Positions 9,618 to 23,676 of a stretch of DNA of 64,000 nucleotides are shown piece by piece. The stretch lies in the NCBI GenBank assembly GCA_000182565.2, contig KQ257452.1, one strand, 5' to 3'. Each line of letters starts with the position of its first letter. Within the stretch, counting starts at the first letter, position 1. The notes under the pieces were generated by a model, which did no database searches, had not been told where the DNA came from, and saw nothing but the letters and a program-made list of their open reading frames with translations. The stretch comes from Spizellomyces punctatus DAOM BR117 (lineage: Eukaryota). A program made the translations under genes and the position numbers.

Positions 9618-12274
9618 ATGCCAGACGGTGAAGGTATACAGCGCAAATCTCTACCGCTCATGTAACGCAGAGCACTAGTTTTATCAGTTCACATTCGATG
9701 TATGCCAGTGATATTCAATTTCCGGCTTTCTCTGTTTTTTTCATCAATAGGTGCGCTACAGGAGCTTCGTCAATACTGGGAATTTGCGGCAGTCTGTCAA
9801 TTTTTGCACTTGTTTCACCACGCGCTGCGTCTGTCGGAATTTAGCAGCGATGTATGGAGGGAGCTTGCCTCAGCTAAAATGGCACTGGAAGAATCACTAA
9901 CCAATTGTATAGGAGCTTGAAATTCATCTGACTACATGTCCAGTCGAGGAAAAACTCATCGATTTGCACGTCAGGCTACTGAAATCCTTAGTCGGTCCAT
10001 TGGCAGCACGGCAAATCAGGTAGTGTGTACACCATTCGAGTTTCGACAAGAAGGTATCTCACCCTTTTATAGTACTGAGAATTGGCAGACATATTTACAA
10101 AAGGAATTTGCAAAGACCCACGCTCACAGCGACATCTTTGCCCAGGGGGTCGACTATGTTGACCTTCCGTTGCGTAGCAAGGTCTGTTTACATGTGGCAT
10201 CACGGAGATGGATTTCGGTAATCAACATACGCTCGAAATTCATCCAGGTTCTCGTTCTCCACTCTTTGTGCGAGCGACAGTTCGATAACGCCGAGAGATT
10301 CCGAGCATCGCTTAATACTGAAGAAGAGACGGAATGGGTATGTTGCAGTTGATATCAAGTCATCTGAATGTATTCTCACACCGGCATATTACAGCGCGTA
10401 GAGCATGTTGGCTCTGACGCGAAAGGGAACGTGTACTGGCTTTTTGATGGTAGCTGCTCTTTCAGGATGTGCCATTGGCTACGCTGCGTATTCTTCATAT
10501 TGACGCTTATTTTAACAGACAATAGGCTTTATAAGGAAGCACCAGCACCCACTATTGGTAAATCTCGTAATCAAAAGAAAGGGAAATTGAAATCGGGTAA
10601 TAAGAATGACTTACCTTGGGAGTTGGTAATATTTCACGATGTTGTTTAGGTCTTCGCAAATCTAAAACTAAAATCCAGCTGCCCGTTTGAATAGATATGT
10701 TCAAGCATGGAGGAGTGGCAATCATTCCCAGAAAGATTCAAGAAGTCTAGAAGCGCCGTGGAAAAAGAGTTCTATCTGTTCCTAATAGAAGATGCGCTTC
10801 CGAAAGTGCTTGCGGATCTCGAGGTATACAGTTTTGCTCGTTTGTGTCACATTTTGTGGAGGCTCATTGATTGGAATTAGAATAAGGAAAAGCAGAGACG
10901 TGTACAGGAAGCAATGAACAATCGCAAAAGATCATCACGATTACAAGTCAGAGAGTTAGAGAAAATGGAACAAGAAAGGCAGGAGCAGCTTATACGGGAG
11001 CAACGGGAGCAAGAAAGATCGCGAAGGAGCCAGCTAGACAGAAAGCAGCGAGAAGAACTAGTATGTTCGAAGCTAATTGCGCATTCCAAATGAGCCAACC
11101 TTAGGATGGGAAATCTGATCATTTGCTTGGGTAGGAGAGGCAACGAAGAATTGAAGCACGCGAGCAACGTATTATGGAGCGAGAGGCACGCTTGCATGGA
11201 TTGCGTGAAGACAAAGGCCATGTTATAAATCCGTCGGACGAGGACGCGTGTGCGCGAGAGCAAACCACGTCTCAACCAGCAACCCGCCGCAAGAGGAAAA
11301 GGCACGATGAATTCGAAGAGCGATGGTATTTTGATTGTGTCTGCGGCGTTCATGGAGACAATCTTGACGGTTGGTGCTGCACTTTCGATGTTGTACGACA
11401 CCGTTCACTTACGCTGAAGTGCCGTTTAGATGGAACTCCGATGATTGCCTGTGGAAAATGTGGCGTTTGGCAGCACATTGGATGTCTTGCGCAAGCCCCT
11501 GGTGCCAAAGCAGATGATGTAGACATTCAGAAGTGGGAAGCACTGGACTATGTCTGCAATAGATGTGCGCGCCACGGAAACCAAGAGAGAGCGCGAGTTG
11601 TATCGCACAACGCAGGAATTTCGAGCCGAGGAAGCGATATTCATGAGGTTGGTCCACAAGCCGGTCGAGGCAATCCAATTGGGTCTATAGGCAATGGTGT
11701 GGCGAGTTCGGTGGGACACAACCGTGCAAAAACGTCGGCAATGGCAGGTCATCCAAATTGGATATCAAACTACGTGCATTCTCCAAAAGGGGTTGTTGCA
11801 CGGACGGCCGCGGGACCTGGTCCCGACGAAGCACCTTCCTCTGTGACACCATTCGTCAACACTGCCCTTCACCCCTCACTAGAGTCAATGGCCCTCCCGC
11901 ATCCCGCATCACCAGCTTACTATCAACCCTATTCTGCTACCGCGGTGCTCCCATCTGGTGTAGCCCCTCCCGCGCACAAGGCCATTACTGCTAGTGTTGC
12001 AACGTCCGGGACAGATACCGCGTCCGCCGCTGCATTTCTAGCGAGTCTAGCTGCTGGATATAAGCCGCGACCAGGGCCGGCAGCCGTTGAAAGCTTTCCA
12101 GCGCCTGTATCGCTTGTGCCCGCCCAGCAACCGGGACCCCCTCTTTCTTCGAATCTAATAGGGTCAACAGAGTGTGCGACCCCCTTCTTGCGACCCGGAG
12201 GCGTGTCATCCGATTCTGAAATGAAACAAAACGGTCTACCTGTGAGCACAACAGAACAAGGGAAGCCGTTGTAA
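9618..12274 (+). CDS. RSF1/CECR2-like ISWI partner (DDT/WHIM-type N-terminus, PHD finger); multi-exon
   Basis: CACCATG start, intron 9634-9750, ELRQYWEFAAVCQFLHLF, YVDLPLRSK/VLVLHSLCE, VGSDAKGNVYWLF, RKRSSRLQ, PHD CVCG...MIACGKCGVWQHIGC...CNRC. Confidence 0.8.
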
Positions 12275-12446
12275 ATAATATATAACTTCTGAATAAAGTA
12301 CTTATAAAAGGGCCAAAGCCAATGACACGTGACTTGGAAACAATTTGTTGGGGGTGCAACTTGTACCACTTTGGACAAATACGTTTCTCACATCGCCTGG
12401 CATCTGTCCCATAGCAGCTGATCTACAGACCCATATTCTAAGCCCA

Positions 12447-15400
12447 ATGGCGGCCCCGGCTGCCGCCATGTCCGCAACTCAAAAGCTAACCCAGCTGAAC
12501 GAGTCAACCTGGCTCCAAGTAGGTATGTAGCGAGATCGATCCTTCTCAGCTGATCGCGACCCCGAGGCGCTAGGTTGAAGAACTAGGCCGCTTATGCCTA
12601 GACTGACCGAGCTGTATTTATATGATTCCGCTCATCGCGCATAGGAACGCTGGCAGAAAGTATGAATGAGCCAGAACGCGCGATGAACGCTTATGAATCA
12701 GCCCTTCGTCACAACCCTCATTCTGTGCAAGCTTTGACACAAGCCGCTGCTCTTTGCAGAGCGCGTGAGCAATATTCAAAGGTGGAGTACGAAGTACTGC
12801 TATGTAATGCAAATGTATCTACGCATAACCAAGTCTAATTTCTCTTCCAGGCGGTTGACTATTTTCAACGAATACTGAACATCGATCAAACGAACGGCGA
12901 GATATGGGGAGCTCTAGGCCACTGCTTTTTGATGATGGACGACTTGCAGCGGGCCTACACGGCTTATCAGCAGGCACTGTATCATCTCCCAAATCCCAAG
13001 GTGGGACGACATACGGCATTCGATTGTTTCCAGCAGCTTAACTAGACTGTTGACTTTAGGAACCGAAGTTGTGGTACGGAATTGGGATTCTTTACGATCG
13101 ATACGGATCTTATGAACATGCGGAGGAAGCGTTTTCTGCTGTAATAAGAATGGAACCTAAATTTGAAAAGGCAAACGAAATCTATTTTCGATTGGGTATA
13201 ATTTATAAGCAGCAAGGCAAATATGAGACAAGTTTAAGTGTGAGTGGCAGCTTCGAGGGTAAAGTCTTCAGGAAAGTGGTCTTGACAGTGTATTGGCAGT
13301 GCTTTCGCTATATTTTGGCCTGCCCTCCGAAGCCGCTGACCGAAATTGACATCTGGTTCCAAATCGGCCACGTGTACGAGCAGCAGAAAGAGGTAGCTAA
13401 ATCGACGTCATTTCGATCCTGACTCTTCGAAAGGCATGGCTTAAGTATGGAATGGTCCTTGTTTCATAGTATCAACTTGCTCGGGATGCCTACGAACGTG
13501 TTCTATCAGAGAATCCTAACCATGCCAAGGTTTTACAGCAGCTGGGATGGCTCTATCATCAGCAGAATTCGAGCTTTTCCAACCAGGAGCTTGCAATACA
13601 GTACCTTACTCGTTCCCTCGAAGCTGGTATAGTTCTAGCCTTACGAATTTGTTGCGGTACTCCTTTATCAATCTTGGAATTCTAGATATGAACGACGCGC
13701 AGACATGGTATCTTCTGGGACGCTGTTATATGGCGCAACAGAAATACAACAAGGCTTATGAAGCGTATCAGCAAGCTGTGTACGTATGATGTATTGCGCG
13801 TATCTTGTGACCAAACTAAAAATCGTCTATAGGTACCGGGATGGGCGCAATCCTACATTCTGGTGCTCCATTGGAGTCTTGTATTATCAGATAAATCAGG
13901 TTGGTTCATTGATCACGTAGCCTGTATAGTCCTGAGGCTCATCTTGTTAACTGGGTGATGTAGTATCGCGATGCCTTGGACGCATATAGTCGCGCCATTC
14001 GACTTAACCCATATATCAGTGAAGTCTGGTAATGTCGCAAGTAAGACATACTGTACAAGATAACGAGATCATCTTACCTTCCTTACTAAGGTATGACCTC
14101 GGAACCCTATACGAATCTTGCAACAATCAGATCAATGATGCGTTGGACGCATATACGCGAGCACTCGAGTTGGATCCGACCAACCCCCACATTAAACAAA
14201 GGCTTCAAATGCTCCGCAATGCACAGGCGGGTGGCGGGTGAGCAACAGCACCTCATATGCATAGGTTGCGCCATGCATTGATTGAATCCAAAAATAGTCA
14301 AGTGCAAGCAGGTGCTGCGCAACCCCAACAACCTGCACCGCAGGATATCAACGCAACAGGGTACCCAGGCGGAAATGCGATACACCCGAATGCACCCAGT
14401 CATTTCTATCAGGTAACTACTCCTGTTACGGTATATGATTGATCTATGCGGCAAGACGTGATGCACACTTCTCACGTAGGGACCACAACCACCGACTCAA
14501 ATGGGCTACCCCCGAAGCTCCCAGCAAGACCAGAGATCTACGCACACCTCTGTGCCACTTCAAACGGTGTGATCAAGTGCTTTCTGTGGTTGACGTACGT
14601 ATGCTAATTATGATTTAAAATGAAGGAACACGACCGAAGGGATCTGCCGTCTTTGCAGATGAATCCACCCGCATCATACCCCGCTCAGCCCATGTCCCAG
14701 AGGGATGAAGGCCGTAATGGACTTGTTGCTGATCGCCAGCTTCCTCCAGCATCGGCCGATCACCCATCTCGAGCAGGTCGCAACAAGCAATCTCGTCCGG
14801 ACAGGACAACGTCCCCTAAGCCGCAGACCGACCGAAGGGGTCCGTCTCATCCGCGTCAGGGTTCCCGTACGCTCGCACATGACGCCTTACAATCTTCGTC
14901 CGTCCCATATCCTTCCAGTGACGGTAAGTGGCCGTGATTGCGAAAGGCCGGATTGACTTGGAATGGCCAGCACGTAATCTGGGTACAAACCGTCTCACTG
15001 TTCCCATCTGCCTCCAGACGCACTCCAGAGATCCGGTAGGCCATCCGAGCCACTTGGTAGACCACCTGAGCTCCCATCACGCCACATGGATACTTCTCCC
15101 AGGCCCAGCGATATTCCGGGCAGATTGGCCGATCAGTCAACAAATAGGCATTTTGAATCACCATCTGCAAGCCACTCTGATAACGCCCGTCACATAGCGG
15201 ATCCGCCACGATTACCGGATATAGGTTCGAGAAATGTCGAGTCACTCTCACGTCTACCGGAAATGCAAATAAGACCATCAGATCATACGCATCTTTTGCG
15301 CCCAATGGAGTTATCCCCTCACGCAAAGCTGGATGATACATCACGTCAGCAAGATGTACCAATTAACCCTCTGGAGTCTGAAGCAATCAGAAACCGCACT

Positions 15401-16393
15401 GATCGCAGATCGTACTCGGTGGAGCGACCATCTGGCTTCACAGAACCTACAACAGAAATTCGCGCCTCTGAGACCGCTCTCAAGCAGCCACAGGAAAAGC
15501 TCGTCCAATCGAATTTCTCATCGGAATCGTCCACATGGCAACGGACGTGTCATGCCAAAAGCCGAAGTCCTCCTGTAGGAGATGAGCAAAGTAGAAGCGC
15601 GTATCAACGGGACATGAACACGGAGAGCAAAGTCCGATTGCGGGATTCTGAGCCAGTCACTCGTGGTTTGCATGGGTTTGAATCATCAAAGGACGTACCT
15701 ACGAAAGCGTCTAGTCCAACCGTCGATTTAGAGGTTTCCAAGCAGGCCGAAAGGGTCAACATGACAAATACAAGTGACGCGACCCGACCATCACAGGATC
15801 GCGTAGCAAATCGAGAGACGCCGACGGAGAGGATTTTGGCAGCACCAATGAAGGCGGACAAAGCCGGAGGAGAAAACCGCAGAATGCAACCCGATCGAAT
15901 GTCGGTTAGTCAATTGAATGAACGAGGGGAGGACCGCAGAGAACGCGATGCTCAAATCCAAGTGAGGAGAGATGACAATAGCAAAGATGGTAGTAGAGAT
16001 CGAGCGTCCATGGTACCATTGGAGACCGAGAAAGACTATGTTGTGAAAGGGATCGAAGCCACACGTGAGGTCACAATTGACAATGATGGTACTGAGCATG
16101 GAAGGAGTCAGAGTCACCATGGAAGTCCAAGCAGTGCCGTACCACCGCCTGATGGTCTAGCCGCGCTAGCGTCGTATGGGAACACTGATAGTGCCGTGGA
16201 CCATGAGTCACCGGACAACCCTGCATCACCACATTATGGCTCTTCCTTAGTTGAACGTTCAGAGCCGGGTGATATGGCAAAAGGCACGGAGCAGGTATCT
16301 GGGAAACGACCGTATGAGAAGGATCATAGCGATCCTAGGTACTCGCCAGAAGCTAAGCGGCCAAAGGCGGTAGATGGGGAGGAGGACTCTTGA
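12447..16393 (+). CDS. CYC8: General transcriptional corepressor Cyc8/Ssn6 (TPR repeats + disordered C-terminus); multi-exon
   Basis: QKLTQLNESTWLQVG, LWYGIGILYDRYGSYEHAEEAF, WYLLGRCYMAQQKYNKAYEAYQQAVYRDGRNPTFWCSIG, YDLGTLYESCNNQ. Confidence 0.95.
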
Positions 16394-17303
16394 TCGCATG
16401 GCAGTGACCGGCTGGGCATGTGGATCTGGCGATTTTGTCTTTAAGAAGGGCCGTTCTTTCTGTATTCCGCATTTACGCTCTAAGCGTTGCGAATCGTATT
16501 TCCCTGGGGCTCTTCCAGATCATACTTTGCCTTCACCATTATACTTTTGGATTAAACATTCATTTGATCATTCAACTTCTGAGGGCATACTTTAAGCAAC
16601 ATTGGGACTGTTGACGTGACATTTGAATGTTGGATGTGTGGCAATGCGTGGTGTCTAGCTTTAACCATAAATGTCGTCGCATCATGTAACTTTAAGTGTA
16701 GAGACCACTTTTACCAGCTAATCGCCGTAATTAACACAATCTATTTTCGCAAAAAGGGGGGATGACTCATGTAAGGTATGTTGCCTTCGAGCAGTCAAAT
16801 GAATAAGGAGAAATATAAAAAGAAGAGATTTCCTACATCTGAATGAAGTGATAGGGATACACTACAAGGAAACGAGAGCAGACCGGAATAAACCAATAGC
16901 TAAACAGACTACTGTAGTATCAGCCACAACTCCTCCCCGCCGATACTATGTTCAAACAAGACCAATCACGTCGTTTTGTGGGGGAGCAAACCTGTTAGTA
17001 ATTATGGGGGTCGGCTGGAACGCTGTAAAATTGGGGCCCGTTTGCGTATTGTCGCGTAATGAAGGCGGTGACTATCTCGAGGGAAAAACAGATGCAGCCA
17101 AATGGACCCGAGGTGGCTTAGGGATGGTTGTAACACGTGATGGTAACAAGTTGTGGCATTCATTCGGCTGACACCCGACCTGTACGCGCGGAGATCTCCA
17201 TCCGTCCCATATCCAGCACGGAACACATCAGTAGTCGAGTCAGAGTGCGATATTTACGTCGGCTACCCGAATCCTTTCCCACAGCATTCAACCGCGTGTC
17301 TTT

Positions 17304-18848
17304 ATGATGGGTGACTCTGAGGAGAACGTTGCTGTGGGGTCGGATGTCGAACAGGAGGTTCTTGAAGACGAACCAAAAAGCATACTATTGGGAATCATTG
17401 GTCAACTACGCAAGGGAATGGATCTGTCCCGAGTTACTCTGCCAACTTTTGTGCTGGAGCCACGAAGTATGTGCGAGCGGATAACGGACTTCATGAGCCA
17501 TCCGGAGCTCATTCTTAAGTAAGGACGCTCCAACCGAACAACCAAGTGTTGGGAAAGAGGAAGCAGAAAGAGCTAATGACAACCCTTAGCACTCCTCAAA
17601 AAATGGATCCTACGGACCGATTTCTTGATGTCGTGACATATTTTCTATCTGGTTGGCATATAAAACCGAAGGTGCAACAAGTCCCAGAGATTGCAGCTTT
17701 CAATTTAACCAAGCTGACAGTGCCGGAAATCATAGGGTGTAAAGAAACCATACAATCCTGTTTTGGGTGAAATATTTCGGTGTCGCTGGAAGTTCGACGA
17801 TGACTCAGAATCTTTCTACGTGTGCGAACAAGTTTCACACCATCCTCCAATTTCTGCCTATTTCTATGCAAATCCCCAAAAGGACGTTTGGATTTTGGGT
17901 GATATACGACCGAAGTCGAAGTTCCTCGGAAATTCTGCTGCCACTATTATGCAAGGAACTTCTACGATTACTTTTCCAAAGAGGTGGCCTGGTGAAGAGT
18001 ATATGGTGACTCTCCCTAATATATATGCCAGAGGCATACTGTTCGGCACCATGTACCTTGAGCTGGGAGATACGGTGACCATCAAATGCCCAAAAAATGA
18101 TCTAATCGCGGAAATCGAGTTTCAAACGAAGGTATGACCAATGCCCATGGAAAGTATGGCTGCGACTGCGCTAACTGTCAGCCATAATAGGGGTTCTTCA
18201 CGGGCACTTATAATGGCATAAAAGGCAAGGTGAAGCGTGAATCCTCTGGAGAAGTCCTATATACTCTGGGTGGGAAGTGGACGGACGTCATGTACCTATC
18301 CAAAGGAACCACTTCCGACAAAATACCAATTTTCGATGCCCACAGTGCAAAGATATACCCAAAAGTTGTTGCAGCGGAAGCCGAGCAGGAGGAATTCGAG
18401 TCTCGAAGGTGAGCTAGCGTTCCTATTGGAGATCCTTCCACTGTGAGCCAGGTTGACACTCATAGATATATTCGGAAGACTTTGGTCAAAAGTCACCAAG
18501 GGCTTGGTAACGAAAAACCTGGATTATGCCACCACTGAGAAAAGCGCGATCGAGGACAATCAGCGCACTATCGTCAAGGATAGGGCAACCAAAAATATCA
18601 CATGGGAACCTAGATTTTTCCGCCGAAACGGTGACATGTGGGAGTTCCGGTCTTCTGAGTGAGCAATCTCCTTTGCAAATTGCTTTTCCCGCTTTTTCCC
18701 ATTCGTGACTCACAGTGCCTCTGCTAGCTTACCAACTGATCCGCTCGAGGCAAACAAAGCTCTGGAAGGAATTATCTTTGGTTCCGCGACAAACCCTATG
18801 CATGCCAGATTTTGGGTGCGTCCTGATCAGATTAACGGGGTAGAATAA
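17304..18848 (+). CDS. OSH6: Oxysterol-binding protein family, short ORD-only Osh6/Osh7 type; multi-exon
   Basis: GQLRKGMDLSRVTLPTFVLEPRS, KKPYNPVLGE, signature EQVSHHPP, ARGILFG. Confidence 0.9.
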
Positions 18849-18911
18849 CGAGGGTGCAGGCGGGTATAGACAGCTCAATGGATATGGAAAGATGTACGTA
18901 ATTTAGTTCTG

Positions 18912-21190
18912 CTATACAATTTGAGGTAAATGGAGAATCGCGACCTGCATGATAATGTTAGGCCTTGCCGTAACTGCTGAGGCATGTGCCACAAAGGCTC
19001 AGTTACCGCACGATTTCCGCAGATCAGCGCTAGTTTATTTCCCAAGGTATTCCATTTTGCTTGAACATCCACATCTTCGCCCTTGTCCCCATGATATTGC
19101 TTGACCAAAGACCAATCCTGCGTTGAAGGCACACAAAGGTGGCGTGTGAGTCTCAGTATCTATTGACAAGCGCTTTGCGGCGATTCTTACCTGTAGCGAC
19201 CATATATTTACTACACCATCACTGGAGGCACTGGCAAGTAATGAGGCATCAGGATTGAAGTCAGCGGATAAGATCTCAGAGTTGTGGTTACGGAAAGTGT
19301 GCAGGCACTCTTGCTTAGCAACATCCCACAATCGAACTGTTCGGTCAAAACCAGCTCTATAGATTCGTGAGTCAGAGAGTCTCACCCAGGGGCGATTCAT
19401 GTCCAGTTGCGTACTCACGTTGCCAACACTAATTGGTCAGAATTGGGACACCACTGGCAAGTCACGATTTCCTTCTCATGGCCCTTTGCGACCCAGAGAG
19501 CTTCATTAGAGTCCATCGTCCAGATTTTGGCGGTACCGTCGTCAGAGCAAGAGGCAAGATACTTTCTTGAAGGATCCCATAGAACTTTATTCACATCGCT
19601 CTAAGGAACATCTAAAATTCAAGGGCCCGAAAATCCGACATGGGACTATATCACCAGCATACCTTATGGGAAAATTGCTTCAACGGTTCTATATCTCCCA
19701 AGCGGCATACATATATCTGACTGTCTGACGACGATGTCGCGAAAGTGACATCATCTACCCAGTCCGCAGAGAGGACAGGTCCTGAGAGCAGCAGTTCGTC
19801 ATTCGTCGTCGGTTGCAAGAATGTGCATCAGCAATGATACCTTCATGGAAATCAAATCTCTGCCGGACTTGGCCACTAGCGACGTCCCATATTACGCTGG
19901 TCTTATCGAGACTACCGGTCGCAATGAGACTTCCACATGTATTCCAAGCTAAAGAGAAGACCGCCCCTTCGTGCTGCTTCTCAGAGAATTTAAGCTCTCC
20001 TGGCAAAGTTTCGAAGACGTTGACAAGCGTCCTTCATTATCATTATCAGAATATCCAAAGATGATACCTGACCGAGTCCAAACTAATGTGCGACCATCGA
20101 CGGTCCCAGCCGCCAACATAGCACCCGACGGCTGCAGATGAGGTTAGATTAGAGAACCAAAGGTAAAAAATGGCTCCTATCACCCATGATCTGTGCCTTA
20201 CCGCCCACTCAAGCGCCGATATGCCGATACTGATGCCAACAACAGCGGTGCCCATGGGCAAATCCATCACTCGATCACTCTGGGTAGCATCTTGTGTCGC
20301 ATTAGACGGTACCTGCCAGAGTCGCACTACTCCATCCTTGCTCCTGATCAAAAGGTCAGCAAACCCCCTTTATGGGAGAGCGAAGAAGGTACAAACCCAG
20401 ATGCTATTAATGATGGCTTGCCGGGATTCCAGGAGCATCGAACAACCTACAGGTGGCTTGCTCCATAAATGGTACGCTCTCATGCCTCTAGTTTCCCAAA
20501 AATGGACATACAGTTTCTGAACTTGACAGCATCGACACAGGCAATTCGTCGGCGTTCGTGTTGTCGTCTTCAATAACGTCCATTGCATCTAATGGCAATC
20601 TGTTGGATGAGTCCTGAATATGAGTCCCTACGTATTCCACTACTCACCGGATGTCTCCAAAGTGGTCGATGCAACAAGTGACTCTCTGCGAGATTTCTTT
20701 TCGCGCTCGGGCTTTGATTGCTTTCGCTCGTCCTTTCGATCCTTTTTGTTGGTCAGGGCTTCCTCCTTTCTAGCTCTTTTCGAGGGACGTCCTTCTTGCT
20801 TGTCGCTGACTTCGAAGGCGCATTCATGTTGCTCAAGCAGTGTAAATGGGGCGATACACTTCCGTTCTGTACCGTCCTGCATAATGTTCGGCTGAGGGAT
20901 TCAAAGACAGGGTATACATGATGAAAGGCTACCTCATTGACGTGGCACTCGATCTCAGCATACTGTAGGCCCTTCTGCAATAAGTTGACCAGTGAACCCG
21001 GGCGAACATGGGAACCTTTTACAGTTCGCTTGTACAGAGCGCTTTCATGTTGAAATGCGAAGGCTGAGTGTGTAAAACCTGGAAAGCATTCATCAATAAT
21101 GGGCAGACATGGAAGTAGAAGGTCCCAGTGCTCACCCGACTCAGCCAGGTATCTATAGACAAGATAATTGACCTCGTCACTTGTGATCAT
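18912..21190 (-). CDS. SIF2: LisH + WD40 protein Sif2/TBL1 (Set3C/NCoR HDAC complex); multi-exon
   Basis: [41 protein letters not shown], several WD repeats (HEGAVFSLAWN, ATGSLDKTSVIWD). Confidence 0.9.
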
Positions 21191-21309
21191 TACGACGATC
21201 TCTGAGTAGGAAACCACGGCAAAGGAACTGCCTGTAAGGGCATTGCAAGTGCCTGGCTAACACGTGGTACCGACGTGTCACCGCATCTGCATTGTCGGTA
21301 AGGTCCTAA

Positions 21310-21986
21310 ATGCTTTTCCGTCATCTTGCAGTCGTCTGGAGTCTTGTTGCACATCCCGTGTGCAAAAGGCAGTCACTTTCGATGTCTACTAGTTCAACAC
21401 ACCCTGTGATATTACTCTCTACAGTCCCCAATGAGGAGGTCGCAAAGAGCATAAGCAGAGGTACCCGTAACGATGCCTTAACGGATGCTGTGATCTGGTT
21501 GACTCCAGGTCTTATCTCTTGACGTAACAGGTCTTGTGGAGCGAAAGCTCATAGCATGTGCAAATATCGTTCCAAAAGTGACTTCAGTGTGAGACTTAGG
21601 ATTTAGCCAGTGATAAAATACGCCGGTTAACTTGGATACCACAAGTAGTTATTGGTGGGATGGCGGTGTTCAAGAAGACAGTGAACTTCTAATGATTATG
21701 AAGACTCAGGCAAGTCTGGTACCGCAGGTTACCGAGTATGTGAAGGCAGAGCATCCAGTAAGCAGGTGTTTTTGCGATTTCTGGACTGTTCCATTACTGT
21801 CCTGAATCATTGTTATTCTATAAAAGTATGAGATACCTGAACTCATAGCCACCAAGGTTTGAAATGAAATGTTTCTTTTGACCTTCTCATAAGTTCAGAT
21901 ACTCACTAAATGCGAAACTTTAGATTGAGGGTGGCAATGACGCATACATCCAGTGGATTAGCCAAAATACAATTGGGCGAACGTAG
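21310..21986 (+). CDS. CUTA: CutA divalent-cation tolerance protein; 5 exons; alternative start at 21382
   Basis: Spliced: ILLSTVPNEEVAKSISRGLVERKLIACANIVPKVTSVYWWDGGVQEDSELLMIMKT...HPYEIPELIA...GNDAYIQWI. Confidence 0.92.
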
Positions 21987-22123
21987 TGTACTGGTTAATC
22001 TTGCATTGAACTCGGGTGCTTCAGGCTACGCCTCTCTGTCTTTTCACATTCATCTGCCCAAGCACCGCACAACCATACTTCCCGATAACGGTTAATGACC
22101 AGCGGCACGGCACGTCGGGAGTG

Positions 22124-23532
22124 TCAGAGAAAGCCCTCTTCTTCAACCTCCTCCTGCAACTGCTTAACCGCCTCCGATGCGGGCTTGTCGTGAAGCGATA
22201 TTCCTTTGGCCCCTCCTGGCACCCGCAGCTCGCGTCCAATGCGTGTAACCTAAAATGGGAAATTGGATCATGTTCAAGTATAGTATAGGTGATCTTCCAA
22301 CCATACCTCATTGTCCAAGAATTGCACAGGCGTCTTCTTCATAGCAGCTGACAGCGAATCCTCATCTCCCGTTTGCATGGCTTCCAATATCCCTTGTGCT
22401 ATAACCCCCTCTTCAGCTTGAGCGAAGCCATTTATGCTAAACGATAGTGAATACCAAATCTGTATCGCAGTTTTTAATTTATGCTCACCTTCCATACATC
22501 TCCAATTGTTTTGTGGCGCCCACTTCGTCCCCCATGGCCAGCAAGATAATGACTGTGCTGAGAGCTTGTTTACAGAAGTTTGGCCGCTGTTCGAGGTGTG
22601 TGAATGCGTCGCAGAGCCGTCGTGACAGTTCAAGGGCTTTGTCATATCTGGAACATGTGTGAACCGATGCACAGAACGATGCATTGAGAGGGTACACACC
22701 TTCTGTGTCTCAGAGAAACAGCAATCGCCCTTTTGAAGGTCTCGACACCAAACCGTAATTTATTCTCCTCTTCGAAGATTTTGCAAGACTCATCATACAA
22801 CTCTATACACTTTCCGATATCTGTTGCTTCAACAGCCCTAAAAGCCTGGAATCAATATCGCGACGTGACTCGTGGCTAAAGAAGGTACACACTTGGCAGC
22901 TTTCTCCAGCGCCTCCCCGGCACGATCAGGCGATCCCTGAGCAAGGAAGTACTGACTAGTTTGGCGATATAGATCAGACGCTTCATCCGGTTTCTTGAGT
23001 TGCTGCACCAGAATGGCGGCAGCCAACTCTAGGGATTTTGCGGCTAGAAATAGTCTAATTCAGTATAACCGGTTAATTGGCAGCTGCCGTATTTGCGCTG
23101 GCGGCTTGACTCGCACGTACGAGTCTAAGTTCCTGTGGGCTTCAGCTGCCTACGCCGCAAAAAGCCCGGAGAGTCTGCACGTAAGGTGGATGAAGTCTTG
23201 AAGACCCAGGAAATTGAACATACCTTCATATATGCCTCAACAGTGTAATCCCAGCATTTCGCGTTTCTGAAGCAGTTCGCTACAATCTTGCAAGATATAG
23301 CCGATCGTTTGTACTAGATGGTCAAACTCTTACGTACCATACCTGCAGCTTCATAATTCTGGACAGCAACATCCCAATCGGGTTTTGGTTTGCCAAAAAG
23401 ACTCTTCTTACTGCGAGCTTTCTCTCCGTCGGCCAGATAAGCCAGACCTGGGACACAACTGTATAAAACGAGCGTTCACGGCATATGTTTGTGAAAGTAA
23501 AGCGAACCTTCTTTAACCTTTGCGTCAGACAT
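22124..23532 (-). CDS. NAPG: Gamma-soluble NSF attachment protein (gamma-SNAP); multi-exon
   Basis: LFGKPKPDWDVAVQNYEAAANCFRNAK, LFLAAKSLELAA, GSPDRAGEALEKAAK, FLDNEVTRI, acidic end EEEGFL*. Confidence 0.85.
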
Positions 23533-23676
23533 CGTATGCCTTTTTGTGTAGTGAACAATCGCCGAGTGAATCTGAGCATGCTGGTACTGAGTATGGCGGA
23601 ATTGTTGGTTGGAATGTGGCACGGTACCCGCGTCAGACTGAACAACTGCCCATTTCAGCACGCTTCGCACTCGACC

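Noticed and set aside
9617-9620. One CATG palindrome serving as start codon for both divergent genes (the minus-strand ATG is followed by a GTGGGT donor-like site)
   Set aside because: An in-frame ATG at 9398 and a GTCACGTGA motif at 9478 give an ordinary ~220-bp divergent promoter. Not excluded without RNA data.
11370-11429. Stop-free 3n introns (e.g. inside the PHD finger) producing long read-through ORFs
   Set aside because: Expected fairly often for ~60-nt introns at this GC content; an annotation caveat rather than a signal.
9618-21190. Apparent chromatin/corepressor cluster (RSF1-like, Cyc8, Sif2)
   Set aside because: Different complexes interspersed with unrelated genes; compatible with chance in a dense genome.
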